Of a stretch of 64,000 nucleotides of DNA, positions 39,101 through 54,100 are shown one piece after another; position 1 is the stretch's first letter, and every line of letters begins with the position of its first letter. Origin of the DNA: Aplysia californica (taxonomy: Eukaryota); NCBI RefSeq assembly GCF_000002075.1, contig NW_004797272.1:4509581-4573580 (forward strand), written 5' to 3'. Below the pieces are notes generated by a model. The model was given only the letters and a program-made list of their open reading frames with translations, searched no databases and was not told where the DNA came from. The position numbers and the translations under genes were made by a program.

Positions 39101-42100
39101 AGTAGCAGTAGAAAGGCTGCAGAAACAGTCAGGAGCCCAGAGGAGGGGGCAAAGGAGGTGAGGGGGTGGGGGCAGAAAGTGGAAATGAAAGCAGGCAACA
39201 GAACATTGCTAGAGAGCAGGAAAGGAGGTGAAAGGAGACAATTTTAGAGAAGAAAATTTTTCGGTCGCTACCCGGATTCGAACCCGGGACCTTTGAATGA
39301 GAGGCCAACACCTTAACCTCTAGGCCACGAGAGCCCCAACTACTTTTGGCTAGCTGGTTCTTTTGGTTAGATGCCCACTACTGTTGATTAGAGTACAGTA
39401 TTTACTCATGGCACAAGATGAAAATTATAATGTGCATCAGTGACGCTCTGTTTCACATGTTTTACTACATATACTACAAACTCGGATGATTTGGACATTG
39501 GAAATTATTTACATTTTTCTTCTGTCAAGTTGATCCACACAGGGACAGCATCTTTGCTTAGTTAGAAGAAGTTAATTTAACCTATAACCTCCTGACATCG
39601 ACTTGGCCGCTTTCAAGCAGCATCAGTTATGAACACCTCAAAAGTATTCATGTCTTTATCCTACTCGGGTAAAAGTTTTACTATTTGAAATTTAAGTAAA
39701 GTCCTTGCCCCAAAGTAAATTGAAAGTATCCAACATACATGAATAACGAAGCTGCCAACAAGTACGACTACTTTTCAAGTACAAAAATTGCCCTAGCAAA
39801 AATTGCTTACAGTGAATGTCTGCAGGGACACTGTAATTGTGTGACTGAGCACTGCAGTGACATTGACGCTCCGTTCCTGATCACCATCTGTCTTTCCGTC
39901 CACCACAGCCCTGACAAGAACTGACAGAGCAGTCTGCCAGTTCTCGTTAGTGAGCACTACACCACATGACACGGCAGAGTTGTCCAAAAGTCCCCAGAAA
40001 ACTAGTTGGGGAACTGTCTCATTGGTGACAGGACAGACGATATCATCTTTAGAGTGTTGGACCTCAAAGCCTATGAAAATGCTGCAGGAAACATTCGTGT
40101 CGACATCACAGAATACAGCTGGTGGGAAAGTAGAGGTCACCCTGATGGCTTTGTCTTCTCCTTCTTGAATTTCTACAGATGGATTCACGATCTGCCAAAA
40201 GAAAATAATAAAAAGGCAAATTTTTTCAAAAATTGAGAATTTAAGAGCATTGGAGTCACAATAAGGAAAAATGCACATCAGCTATCAATTGCATACAGTC
40301 TCAGTAAAAAGGGAAGGCTAAAAAAAAAACCCCCCAACAAAAACCCCACACAATTTTCTGGCACATAGAGAGCAAATTTTTTTGCAATTCAAGTTTAGTC
40401 CGATGGCCCTAAACAGCTTACCACAATTTTGTCCCCTTTCATTTCTTTTTGGATTTCTTAGAGAAAAGAAAGGTAAATACTTCAAGTCAGAGATATCCCA
40501 GGCTTTGCTGAAGCTGCCCATTTCTATGAAAATCACAAGTGCAGGCTTGCCAAATTTCTAAAAACCCAATAAGGGACACCAAACCTTTTAACATCAGATT
40601 ACCTACCGAAGAGCAAAATTACATCAAATGGGATTGGTCTTGGGGTAGTATATGTGATAGGGCTCTCAAAATCCCAACAGGCGAATTCAGGACAATCCCG
40701 GGAAATTCGGGACAGCTGGCAAGCCTGCAAGTGCTTTCTCATTGACATGTGAATTAATCATGTACAAGAGGGAAACAAAAAAAACCCTACTGTAAAATTC
40801 AAATGACAGTGGACTACATAAAAAAACAACAACCAAAAGCAATAGCTTACCTTGATCTCAAGCACAAAATCCTCACTTTTGATCAAGGGACTCCTTGTCT
40901 CGTTGCATCTGGTGGTTATGCAGGCAACCAACCCACAATACACCTACACCAGGAAAAGTCAGAAAAATTATTATGGTAACTACATTTTTGAGTGAAAGGT
41001 TGCACCTACTTTTGTAAGTGCAAATTTCAATAAAAAATGTACGCATAATAGTACCTGCAGATGTACATGCATTTGTCCTTCTAAAAGTGAACATGTATGT
41101 CCACAAGCATGTTTAGTTTTAGTAAGAGTTTTAAGACATTTACGGTGCTTGCAACACAATAAGATAATATAATTGCCGAAGAATAGAGGTGTTACAAGAG
41201 AGTAACAAACACAAAAAAGGAAAGAGGAGAGATAAGGACTATAGTTGTTTGATAAAAAAGACGGAGCAAACCACATCAAAGCACCTGCCAACCACCCACA
41301 TGCATGCATGTACGTGCACATGTGTTAATACATGTGTGAGTAAGAGCACTCGTGTTTCTGTGTGTACGTCTGTTTGTTTGTTTGAGTTGAGAAGGTTTGA
41401 ACAGAGATACTGTTGTATCTTTGCAAGAGGAAAAGAGCAGCTTCTTCTCATCACTTGTCTTTTCCAAAAGTATTTTCTCATGAATGTCAAATACAGTAAA
41501 AAGAAATCAGCCAAATTGTTCAGAAAGATTACTCCAGTATCAAACTGGTGTGCTTTAGCAAAAAAGAACTACAGTATAACACGGATAGGTTGAACACAGA
41601 AGACTCGGAATCACGCATCCGTCAAACTGGGCCTGTGGTCCCATTTTTCTTTCTTCTCTATCTTTGTAAGATATCTCTCGAACTACGGATCCCTCGAACT
41701 ACGGAAGCCAGTCCTGATGAATTTGAGCTATCCGTGTTATACTGTATCTTCTTACATGAACTTTGTACATTAGGCAGGAAGGATCAGAGAGATGCTTTTC
41801 ATTGATATCTGGAGAGCTGAAAACAGTACATAATGTCGTGACCTAAGTGTGCTGATGTCACTCTCAAAGACAATTGATTCTTTTGAGCCTAACTCGTTCA
41901 AGCGAAAAGAAAATAGAAGTAACAGAAATGTGGTTTCCTTGGAGACAGCTGAACATTTCTTGGAAGGAAAAGAAATCAAATGAGGCAGTACTTGAAGAAG
42001 CCCACATGGGCCACTGCTGGTAAAAAAAAGTCAGGAAAAAACAAATGCAGTTTCTGGGACACTTGAATAGACAAAAGGCCTTGAAAACTTAGCTATCACT

Positions 42101-45100
42101 GGCATAATTGAAGGTAAATGGGGCAGAGGCAGACCCAGAGCAACCTACTGGGAGAGCCTAAACAGATAGGTGATGAGGAAAGATCAGGATAAAGTAGCTT
42201 TTTTGAGAGCATCCGAGCAAAGGAAGTAAGGGAGAACCATGATCGCTGATGTCTGTCACAGATCTGGCACTTGATGATGAGATACTTTTGGTTTCCTTTT
42301 CAGAAATCGTATTTGAAAATCAAAAAGTTACCAATAGAATATTCTTATAAGTATCACAAATCTAACTTGCCAATTGGTTATTATGGCATATGTAGTTCAT
42401 CTGTGCCAAATTAAGTTTTAAGCTAATTTATAAAACTTATAGTATTCAAGGAAGGAGTTTCATACTCAGCTCATATCAGTCGATGACAGTCATACACAGC
42501 CATATCTGACTGTTTCAAGGAACCATAAAAGACTTAAAAGGAAGAGAGTCTAATTTGCATGTTCTGTATTGCAATTCCACTTCAAGTTGCTTCAAGGCTC
42601 CTTCAGACAATATTTCGTAAAATGCTTAACCTACTTACTTTCATAAAGAGCAATGAATATAATTATGTCACTGCGTCTCTGTAGAAGCTGGAGAATGTAA
42701 CTCATTATTCACAGGGAAAAAAAGCTGATAATTCAAGGCAGACACATTGTAAAACTTGCAAAATATACTGAAACAAACATTTTGTAAGCTTCTTACATGT
42801 CATCTGTATTTTTTTTTTGGCCTCACCTTCTTTCCATAAGCCAGTCCAGTGAAGTTGACATGAGAAATTTCTGCGCTAGTGACATTACGTTCTATTTCTT
42901 CCTCTGCAATGAATTCATCTTCTTGATACCACTGAGCAAACACTGTCAAAGTGGTGTCATTATCAGTGAAACCAGACCAGTCACACCCCAAGTAGAACAT
43001 TGAGGTATTGAAGTCAAAGCGTGTTTCTATTTCTGGTAGTGCATCCAGCCTGGGATATTCTGAAGTTTCCAGAAGAAAGAGAGAGAAGTAAGTTTTCATT
43101 CGAAGAGGAAATGACCACAAGCTGAGTATAAGACAGTTAAATCAAATTAATACTGTTGTCTTATTAAGTCAATATAAAGAGAACAAAAACATAAATACGA
43201 AATAAAACTTCAATACAGAAACAAGGGAAAAAACAAAAACAAGGGATAGGTAAGGCACAAAGTCCCAGAATTTAGAAGGTAAACATAATTATTTCAATCA
43301 ATCTCAATACTGACTGGTCATTATAAAGTCAAGCTTAATTCAAATGATTCAGAAAAAAAAATTGACATTAATACGTTGCACTGGTTCATGTCAAGGACTT
43401 CAGGGATTATTTTACCCTTGAAGATATTGAAGCAATCTTGTTTACTTCTCAGATACTAATTTTTGCAACAAATTGTAAATGTGAATGGTAAGAAAAATCA
43501 TATTAAAAACTTAAGGGATAAATAAATGAAATTACCATTTCTGTCCGTCCAGTGAGACAAACTCTTCTGTGGGTCACACACCAGGTCTACATCATCAGAG
43601 TTGATTTCGTTGACTCGATAGCATTCGTTGTCAATGAAACAGTATTTTGGCTGTTGAGATATTTAAACAGACTGCAGAATCTATACAAGACTTGATTCAG
43701 TGGAAAAAAGTTACGTAGGCACAAGACAACATTAAATAGTTTATAAGCTGGGATTCTATTTTCAACCTGAGCCAGAATCTAAGCAATAATTTTTGTAAGT
43801 TTCTAGCAATGGGCTGACTAGCCTGATAAACATTGTTAACTCAATCCAATAATTTACCTGCACAAAAAAACCCCAAGATCTCTCATAGCAACTGGAGAGC
43901 AGGCATGGCCCAGAACTTAATTTTTAAAAAGTTCTTTAATGTCAATGATTTTATGCCCCCATTGACACAATTTAGACCACTTTGATCCTGTCTGTCAGGG
44001 CCAATGCAGGCAGAAAGAGATACAACATCACAGCATAAAGACCGAGATACTCAATCAAAAGTCTCCTCACACGGAAATTGAACTCAGGTCTTCTGTATGC
44101 GGGGGCCAAGTGCTTAATTGTGACACAACAGGCATCAGTGCAGAGCTGATTCAACAACAAAAAAAGAAGTTCCAGAATACTTAAGCCCTGTCTACATTCA
44201 TGTCAATGAAAAGGTCCATATTCAACGAACAGCTCAACTCTAAGACTGGTTTTCCTCAAAAGAGAAGTCAACTTCAAGATTGAAAAGTGACTCTTAATTT
44301 TTTTCAATTCCTCCCTTATATGTAATATAGGCTAACTATATTTTATCCCTTTTTGAGAGTGAGAAGACAGTGAAAGTAATTGTGTTGCTTTATACCTATT
44401 GCTTTTTTTATGGACACAGCTTGAAATTTCAATCCCTCTTTAAGAAAAGCACACAGAAATTACAAATGTGGTCCTCAGTCTACATAAGGTCTAAGAAATT
44501 AGTTGAGGACATCAAATCAATGGTTCATTGTAAGACTCTGTCACACAACACTTTTTGCGAAAACCATTTTTTTAACATGTAATTGAAAACAGCATCGTGG
44601 GACACACTGTGTAAAAAGAGAAGCTCTCTACAATTACTGGTTAAGTAGCTGCTTCATACAAAAAGGTAATAAATCAATGAATCAGCTTTTTACTTCTCCT
44701 GAACAATTTTCAAAATAGCGTATGGCAGAGTCTTACAATAAGCAGGTGGAATGTATATTACACGTACCTCAAGTACACATCTTTTGTCGTCACATGAGCT
44801 AAAACATTCTGAGTTATAGACTTGACGCACTATGGTTTGGCTGACAACACCCAGAGAGTTCTCGACTTTGACAGTGAAACTCCCAATAAAAGGAAGTCTG
44901 CATTCAATCCTTTCGTAAGTAGTGAAAGATGCTTGCACCAAGTACGTCCCATTTTCTCTCTCGGAGTAAGAAATTCCATCAAAGTACTGAAACAAAAAGA
45001 AAACAAAAATAACTGGTTAGACAATGAAATATGTGAAATTTGCAGCTCACAGGAGAATAAAAAAGTAATTAAAAAAATATTCAAGCCTAATGCGAAGGGA

Positions 45101-48100
45101 AATCCAGCGCTTAATAGTATTCAGACCTGTGAACTTTGAAACCTCTATGTTCACACTGTACAACTTCTACATTGTCACAAGTTAAAACATAAAATCTCAA
45201 GTAGTGACATATAATGAAAATGATGCTTTGTGTTGCTGGCAGTTAGGGCCTTGTTTATTGAGGAACAGTTTACAACGCGCATAGAGAAATTGATGGGGTG
45301 TGGAAATCTTTTTGTTGTGTACCAATTTTGTTATAGGCCTTCACCTGTTTTAAATAAACAGAACATGACTTGTAAAAGAACGATTTTAAAGACCTGAAAA
45401 TCTGTTTGCCATGTGCACGCTTCATTATGTACTTCTTCACTATGCGCATGCTAAACTGTATCCCCTTTTAATATCTATAGCTCAAACTTCATACAAGAAG
45501 AACTTCTAACATTGACATGGGCTCAAACTCACATCAATTTGTTGGAATATGCAAATCAGGCTGTTTGAGTTGACGAAAGGTCCTCCAATAAGAATAATTT
45601 CCGAGCAGTCTTCATCTTTGACGTCACATGAAACCGAGGGCAACAGCACAGCCAGGTCTGGAGCAACTGTCAGATCCACAGAGCAATCTACTCCTCCATA
45701 GTCCTTTTCACAAACACACAAACCTGCAACATTGATACAATTAGGCGAATTATACATGCTTTGTCAGTATATGCTGCCATGAAGTACATTAAAAAAATAA
45801 TTTTTTCATTTCCCAACAAAAAAAATGAGACCTGCAGGACAACTGGATTTTCTTCATTTTAGCCGGGTTTGGGTTTAGAGATGTCGCTCAAATATAATTT
45901 TTTTTAATGTAGGGATTTTCTTTTCTTTTTACTGCTATTTTCAGATGAACTGTATTTAATTTAAGCAGACTCCACTGAAATAATCTTGAATGGCCACATG
46001 CCCGACTTCTATGAAATATATGAGAAGGAATGTGAATCAGTGCTTCTGTATGTGCACATGTGTGCATTGCACGGATAAGTGTATGGGAGCTTTTAAATGA
46101 GTACACAGGTTGGTGAAAATATACATCCCATTGTTTGCATTGTTTTTAACAGGCTACTTTGTAGGGAATCTAACTACGAGAACTTAAAGAAGCAAACAAA
46201 TAATACTGTCCAAAAAAAGATATTGCTTTATTCTGCCATCAAAAAGTTTCAGTCTGAAACCAGAAGGACTAATAAAACTGAAGAGTGAGAAATGTATCTT
46301 TACACTGTCATTTCTGTCAATAGAAATTTTCTGGTATTTTATTTCCTATTAAAAAAAAAGAAGTTTCATACTTACAACCCGTGGAAATGTCTCTGTTTGT
46401 TGTTTTTACAACACACTTAACCAAAAATGCCAACAACTAAAACCCATAACAATTCTTTGGTATTCAAAAGCATGTGTTCCTGTTAATGACATGATATTTA
46501 AATCTCCCCAGTATTTTATTTTGTACATAATAACTGCACTCTTGAGAGATAGAATAAATCATAAATGTCATCTCTTTCCATTCTTGAAGTAGACTAGAGG
46601 AAATTCTCACTCTACAGGATTTCTAAAAAATTACTATACATAATACAAACGATACTACATACCATTAGTACACTTTCCATTGCCATTACAATCTTCTGGG
46701 CACAAAAGATTGAGAAATTCTGTGTCTGGTTTCATATCAATCCAGAACTCGACAGTACGTGAGATGCTGCTAAGACACTGTTCCAAAAGGCTTGTCAGTG
46801 CTTGAATGGCATACACAGTGTCATCCATTATCTGCAAAAATATGTTTAAAAATACTAGTACCTGGTAATTCACTTTTTTCAAACTGCATCTTTGAGTGAA
46901 TCTTGAATGAATGTTATTTCAGTGAATCTCCTTTTTGTACACTGAATGTGCAAATATCATAAGAATGCTTTCAGTTTAGTTGGTATCATGCTTCCCTAAG
47001 AAGCGAGTGACTCATTTTTATCCCCAAATGGGCATTCCTGAACTTAAATCGGAGGGGGGGGGGAGGGGGTGTTGTCCATGGTGTTAATCCGCTTGGCTTG
47101 GTTCTGCTGAATAAAGACATTAATTTGGAGGTCTGGGCGCTTCCTCAACATTCTGAATAGAAGGAGGTATTAAATCCATAATATAATATGATACTGAGAA
47201 CAGTCCTGCTCTTACTGCCACCTGTACAAGACAATCATCTGAACAAATGGCTACTTCTTATTCCTTTCCTTTGGTATTTTTTACATTGCAATAACACTGT
47301 GTGACACAGCCACTTTTCTCTTTGATAATGGATGGCCGACTTACAGACAGTTTCTACCGTATTATGCTGATATTTGCAGAGATGAGTGGCTAAACAGATG
47401 GGCCAACGCAGAAACAGGAAAATCTCTCTTCAGGTACATGGTCAAACCCAAACTCAAAGACCTTTCGAGCCTCTTAGGCAGAGCCACCAATCAGACATTG
47501 GTCTTCAGAGCCCGCACATGGCACATACACACACCAACAAGCACATTAACAGAATTAACCCCAAGGGGGAACCCCATTGCAGACACTGTGACTACCACAA
47601 GGAGACTGTTGAACATCTTCTCCTTCACTGCCCAAACCTGGCAGTTCTTCTACGCAGACTCCTACACACACCTACAGACTTATAACGCCTGCTCTACTCT
47701 GGCGTTGACCAGATGACAAGGACATGTGATTTCTTGAGGGAGGCATTGCACTGCCAAGAGTGAAATGCTCGCAGCTAAACGGGTTTGAAAACAACAACAT
47801 GCTGTTATTTTTAAAGGTTATACTATTCAAAGCATATTTAATAAAAGAAAATAAAAACACTTGATTTCAATATATCAAAACAACACTTGGAAGGTTTTAC
47901 CAAAGAACAATCAAGGAAGAGCTGTACCTGAATGTCACTGACACATCCTCTCACTGTTCTGTTGAAGTCAACGCTGAATTTGTTGGCACACTTGAAACCA
48001 ATTTCAGACTTCATCAAAAACTTCACGCAGAAATCTGTTGCATTTTCCTCTTCCCATCCAGATGGTGTTGGCCATGAGAAGTTCTGGAGACAAGGAAATA

Positions 48101-51100
48101 TAAACTTTCAGTAGTTTGGTCATAGCAAGGAGTTACCCTAATCTTATAAGAAATATTACAACCGTATTTCTCTTTCAATTGCCATGGCACTGTGAAATGT
48201 AATTTCAAAGGCTTTATTAATCCTGAAAAATCGAATTTCTGTTGGAGCCAAACCAGTGGCAGAAGACCAGACAGGTATACAATGTTTTACCAGACTAATT
48301 CCTCGATTACCAGCTTGGCCACTAAAAACTGTTGAACATTAATTGTCAGTCAGATATTTTATTTATTGTGTTAGGTCAAATACAGTCAGACATCGCTCAA
48401 TTCACCATCTAATTCCCGCCCACCCTGAAAAAAGTGCATGTGTGTGTATGTGCGTGAGTGTGTGTGTGTGTGTGCGTGTGTGTGTGTGTGTGGGTATGTG
48501 TGCGTTTGTGAGTGTGTGTTTTGAAGTTTTGAGAAATCATTTTAGAATAAACCAACTTCATGTTTTGGTGAGTACTTGGTAGATGGGAACTTAAAATGAT
48601 ATATAAGCCTGAAGCACAAAAAGTTTCAGTTCCTATGACTCAATTGTTCATTTTGTGAGACAAATTTACCCTGAAACATAAACCTCTGTCCATCTCTGTT
48701 CACGTCAGGCGTAGATAAAGTGGCGTGAAGTTAATCTATTTCGTGGGTTCACAAACTATAGATACAACTCAAAATAAGTTTCCCGATACTTACTCCAGAA
48801 ACATAGTCTTCTTCATACTCAAACTGTTCCAGATTATTGCAGCCTGATGACTGAACACTGCTGTTCAGCAAAGAGCTTGTAACATCCACACCTGACAACA
48901 AAGGAATATGCATTACATTTAAGACAGTTCTTACTCTCTCTGTTCTATTCTATATAGGCTATCTGAACCATCAAATCTGATTCAAACGAATGCATACAGC
49001 TAATCTAAGTTGACAAAAGTGAAAATTATTATGCTAAACGCTAAAAGCCTCATGAATTTTAAGAGCTTAACTGAGTTCCCAGACAGAGTCTAGGCCTACT
49101 TATTGGAAGTTGTGAAAGTAGCAGAATAAAATAATATTAATAATAATAATAATAACATTTGTATTGCGCATATACCTGTTCATCAGCAAAATTTAGGCAT
49201 TTTACAATTTATACTATTACCCTAGCAGACCCTAAAAACTTGAAAACATTCTTAGCTTCCTGGGAAGCATAAAGAGCAAGCAGCCAGTAAAGTGCTCAAA
49301 CAATATCAAACGGACAAGATATTTCATTGTCTAAATTGGGATACCCATTAATACATACATACGAAATAAACAGTAGACCTTCCTGGACATTTTTAAAGAC
49401 CATTCTAAAGAGCTTGTTATACACTGAACAAATTGCCAGTGTACATCTTTCAAAAGCTAGCTTGAATAGACGACTATCACTAATGATTTATCATACAGCT
49501 AGGAAGCAACATGCAAGTACAACTTGTTCAGAATCTACAAAATATGCAATAATAAAGGAATAACTGCTAAATGTTAATTTTTCATTAATTCAAAGGTCTC
49601 AAACAAATGAGTAACTTTTAAAAAGGTGATATAAGGCTTTTATCACTTCTTAACATCCTCTTTCACTTTTATCTCACCTTGCCCATTCTTATTTGGGTTA
49701 TCCCCTGATGGCAAACATCTGGACACTCCGAGATCAGGAATGCAGCTAGTGCCATTCACTGAACACTGACAAACAATGCTAAGATTCCTTAAGGGGGCGT
49801 CAGATTCAGCACAGACACCCCTGTAGTGGGACTGGGATGCGTTCACTCTGAAATGGAAATTTAGTTGTACAGAAATCTAGTACATAAAAAAAAAATCTTA
49901 ATATAAGTACTAGAAATGTAAAAATATTGACAATGACGAAAAGGCTAAACAGGCAAGCATAAAAGGCATGGAATCAAGGGAAATATAACCAAAATAAAGA
50001 ACTATCCCATTGAGTCATGCAGTTATCATCATCATCATCATTGCCTTTCTCCCCCTGCATCAGGGTATAGACCACGAACAAACCCTTTCCACCTTTCCTT
50101 ATCCTGGGCTAGCTTTTTGATATTATTCCATGTCTTCCCACTTTTCCGTACATCCTTCTCAGTGACTTTTCTCCAGGTTCCATTCAGTTATACTTGACCA
50201 TAAAAAAAAATAAATTTTTTGACTTATGATGACTATTCACTTCAATCAAATATGACACTGTGGAACTTACTGAGTACTTGCCCCTTACAATTTGTGACAA
50301 TTTAATGATCCTCTTGAAAAAAAATCAATTGAGAGAGGATTTACAACTTGTGGATGGAGGCTGTCTGACACTTTCTCCATCTCTTTCTTAAATACATGTG
50401 AAATTACAGGACAAATTTCCATCTCTTTCTTAAATACAACATGAAATTATAGGACAGCCTCTGTGCATCAGATGAGAGCCAACAAAAAGTATGGAATCCG
50501 CTCTTCTTCCTTGTTACTTCCTCCACCTGTCAAAAATTCCTGAAATATCTTTAATCTTTATTGATCTCCTTTAAAAATTAAATTGAAAATTGAAAAGAGT
50601 TAATAGGGCAATTACCTCCAGCTGAGTGAGAAGGAATTAGGCTGTCGTTCATCTCCTGGGTAGATACTGCCAGACGGTAAAGTAAGGTCATCATCACTTT
50701 CTTTGTTGTAGGTGCCACACAAGCCTGAAACAGATGAGAAGTTATGAGTGATGTTCTATGTAGCCTATTAAACTAGCCTCCTGTCTTAAACGGTACTTAG
50801 AAGATTTAAGGCTGGACATGCAGGTGCCTTACACAATATCACACAGGCAAGTGCAGAGTATAGCAATTTTTTAAAATGTAGAGAGCAATACCAAGAAATA
50901 TTTGTAGTGAAAATGTAAAGCATTAAAAAATGTAACAGTATTTTTTCCATAAAATTCATACAAGACTGTTCACTAATAATCTAGCAAATAGAAAAGGCTT
51001 GCATGTAAAAATACATAAATTACACACTCAAGTTGCCAATACAGAGAATTTTGCACCCTCAATATACTTAGATGAATTTGATTTTTAAAAATAAATACTG

Positions 51101-54100
51101 CTCCTGAATAATTGTGGACAACTTTCCCAAGACCGTAAAAAATCTGACAGTTATTTGACAATTAGCATTATCTTGAGGATAAAATAATACCCTGAATCAG
51201 AGAAACTCCACATTATTCTTTCCTGTTGGCTAGAACAAACTGGCTCACCTCTGGAGCTATTGAAGTCAGCAGCAGATGGCTGTATCCAGACATTGAGGAA
51301 GTCGCTAGCCACGTTCACTTTTACTTCAGTGCCAGTAGGTAATATCACCTGGACAGATGAAAAAGTGAAAGTCAAAGTATGTGAACATAGACAGGAGAGG
51401 AAAAAGGAGGAGGGGAAGGGGGATTTGGGGAGGAGCCGGGATAAAGACCAAGAAAGCAACAGACAGACACAGATGTTCAAAACCAGTGAAATAAAAATTG
51501 TAATGCTTATCCTCCCAGGGAACTCCCAGGGGAAGAGAAAGAGAAGAAGGCTGCGATTCACCTAGGATCGAGACTTGTAAGTTCCTTTCATTGTTGCACA
51601 GTGTCTCTGCATTTCCCATTTTGCACATTGCATTCTAAGAGTCTTTATGTTTGGTATATTGAATAAAGATGATTATACACATTAAGCAGCAGAAAAAGCT
51701 TAAACCCTTCTGTGCAGAAGTAAAGATCTTGCGGACGTCCCTTTTGATCTAGGGTGCCCAGTCCTGTAAACTCAAGAGCAAGGCCTCAAAGGGTTAAAAA
51801 GACCCAAAAAAAGGAGTTTTGAAAATATATTCATGTCTTCTATGTATGATGAAAATGGTATTCTCCTTCAAAAGAAATAGCTTTATTACAATCATTCAAC
51901 TACTTATATATATTGATCTGGTATTGAAAATGCAAAGGATGAGTGCACAAGGTATACATTTTAACATGAATTTTTAGCATCTATTTATAATTCCAACATT
52001 CTGTTCGGTACATAGAAAGGAAAAAATGAAGAGTTCTTATCTTTAGTTTTAGTTTTCAGACAAATTTAATGGCACTTGCAACACAATAATATGTTCTTAT
52101 CAGGTCTGGAGATAAGAGGTATTACTTGAGATCAACATACTCATAAAAGAAGAAGAAGAGGTAATGATGATAAATATTTAATCAGAATGAAGGAACAAAT
52201 TACACATTGTTTTCTGAGCAGGACAAGCCAAACACGTTCCTAACCTTGTACTTCCTTCCTTCCAAAAGCTGTACAACTCTTGTATTAGGTGTCAGTTCTC
52301 CATTTTTCAGGATCTTAACTTCCAAGGGCTGAGATGATGTTCCACTTTTCGCCCCGCAGCGATCAATCAAAATGACATCATCTCCAGACTTGACAGTGAC
52401 TGCACAGTTGCAAGCAGCTCTGTTTTTGTTACATTTGCGGTAAAAACTGTGTACCTGGAAAAAGAAGCAGAACCATAAAATAGAAATGCTGCAAACATTT
52501 TTAGAACGTTTTTGATATGACACAATTTACTATTATTATTAATAAACTCCTAATGAGCAAATAAGAGCTTGAATGAAAAAGAAACACTCTTCATTTAATT
52601 AAGAAGCTCTTATTATTTCATGTACACTACTTAAATATTATGGATGAATATAAAGAGTCATATTAGTTAAAGTCATCAAACCAGGCTTGCTCTAATTTAG
52701 CATTTCATTAAAAAAAAAAAAAAAAAGTACAGATGTGTAAATGTTGAAAGTGTAACAAAACACACGTTTTAAAATCCTTGAAGGTTGCTAGAGCATTAAA
52801 GGAGACTCCTTAGAAGTCGCAGCTTCAGTTATAAGGTCTTGAGGGGAAATCAGTACAGAACAGTCAGTGTAGAAAATGTTTGTGAGTACTAAGGGTTTTA
52901 AAACATTATATCACTTACCTCATACATCATGGAGGAGTGCTGGTACAGGATGAATTCTCCCTCTAAATACACATCATAAGTTCTGTGAATAGATGTGTAA
53001 AAAGTTCACAGGAGCAGCATAATGTACAATGATTCCCTAAAAACCTATGAACAAAATAAAACTAAATTTTGATAATTTTTGCTATCTATATGAAGGTAGT
53101 AGCATAAAGTACCATCTCATGTCACTAAATTTGAAAACTTTTCTTTCTCAGTTTAAGTAAATATCTGAAGAAATACTCAAAAACCATGAATCATGAAGAG
53201 TACCATAAGTACAAACTTAAGTTTCTAAAGTTTCAAACTTTTCTCTGTCAATTTATGCAGCCTAAATAACTGAAAGAAATACTCAAAACCATGAGTCAGG
53301 ACAAGTAAACATACATGAAGACAGTTCCACTCACCTTCCATCAAAACTTGTCATGTGCGGGTCATTCACTGAAGCACACAGAGTTGCGGAATCATTGTCA
53401 ATGATGAGCACCTACAAAATACAGAATCAAATAATACAGAATCAAAACATTCAATGTGAATATCAGTAAAAATTCTTGTTTGTCCCTTGAAATAATCAAG
53501 TGCAGACAGACTCTTGGCATAGGTGCGAGGGATTGTAGATTATTACAAATCCTTCAGATTTTCTACACCACCACAATAGAAACTTTGATAAATTTTGGAA
53601 TCACTTGCTATGGTAGCAATCTGGGAAGGCAGCACATTATAAAACTAAATAAGTTGATAAAAAAGGCATCAAGAACAATTGGTAGAGACCTAAGTAACTT
53701 TGAATATCTGCACAAGACAAACATTCTAAAAAAGGCGGAAATAATGCTTAGTGACCATAGCCACCCACTGACATCGGAATTTCAACTATCGACCCGCAGT
53801 AAACGATACAGTTCCAAAAAAGCAAGAACAGACAGATATAGAAATTCATTCGTACCAACTGCAGTGAGGTTACTGAACACACAGTGCTACAAATGAAACA
53901 GAGAGAGAGAGAATGAATGTGTTACGGAGCGGGTTGTCCCAGCCCGTGAGACATGTATTTACTTGGCATAATGTCCTGTCTTGTTGTGCGTTTGCGTGAG
54001 TGCACCTGTAAGTCTAACTTTTGTAACGTCTATTGCCATTGTTAACGACCAAGACAAATTTCTCCCTGCGAGATGAATAAAGATTGTCATTGTCATTGTC

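Noticed and set aside
39255-39336. Possible tRNA gene (also 12775-12853, 25372-25450 and 36310-36390)
   Set aside because: These are tRNA-like heads attached to SINE bodies, two of them TSD-flanked, and the stems do not close into a full cloverleaf.
51700-51797. Possible piggyBac-like mini element (CCCTT…AAGGG, TTAA)
   Set aside because: Only a 5-bp inverted match and an offset left TTAA, which is too weak.
53456-53896. 146-aa plus-strand ORF as a nested host gene
   Set aside because: It matches the C-terminus of a Rex1/Babar-type LINE ORF2 and is followed by a typical repeat tail.
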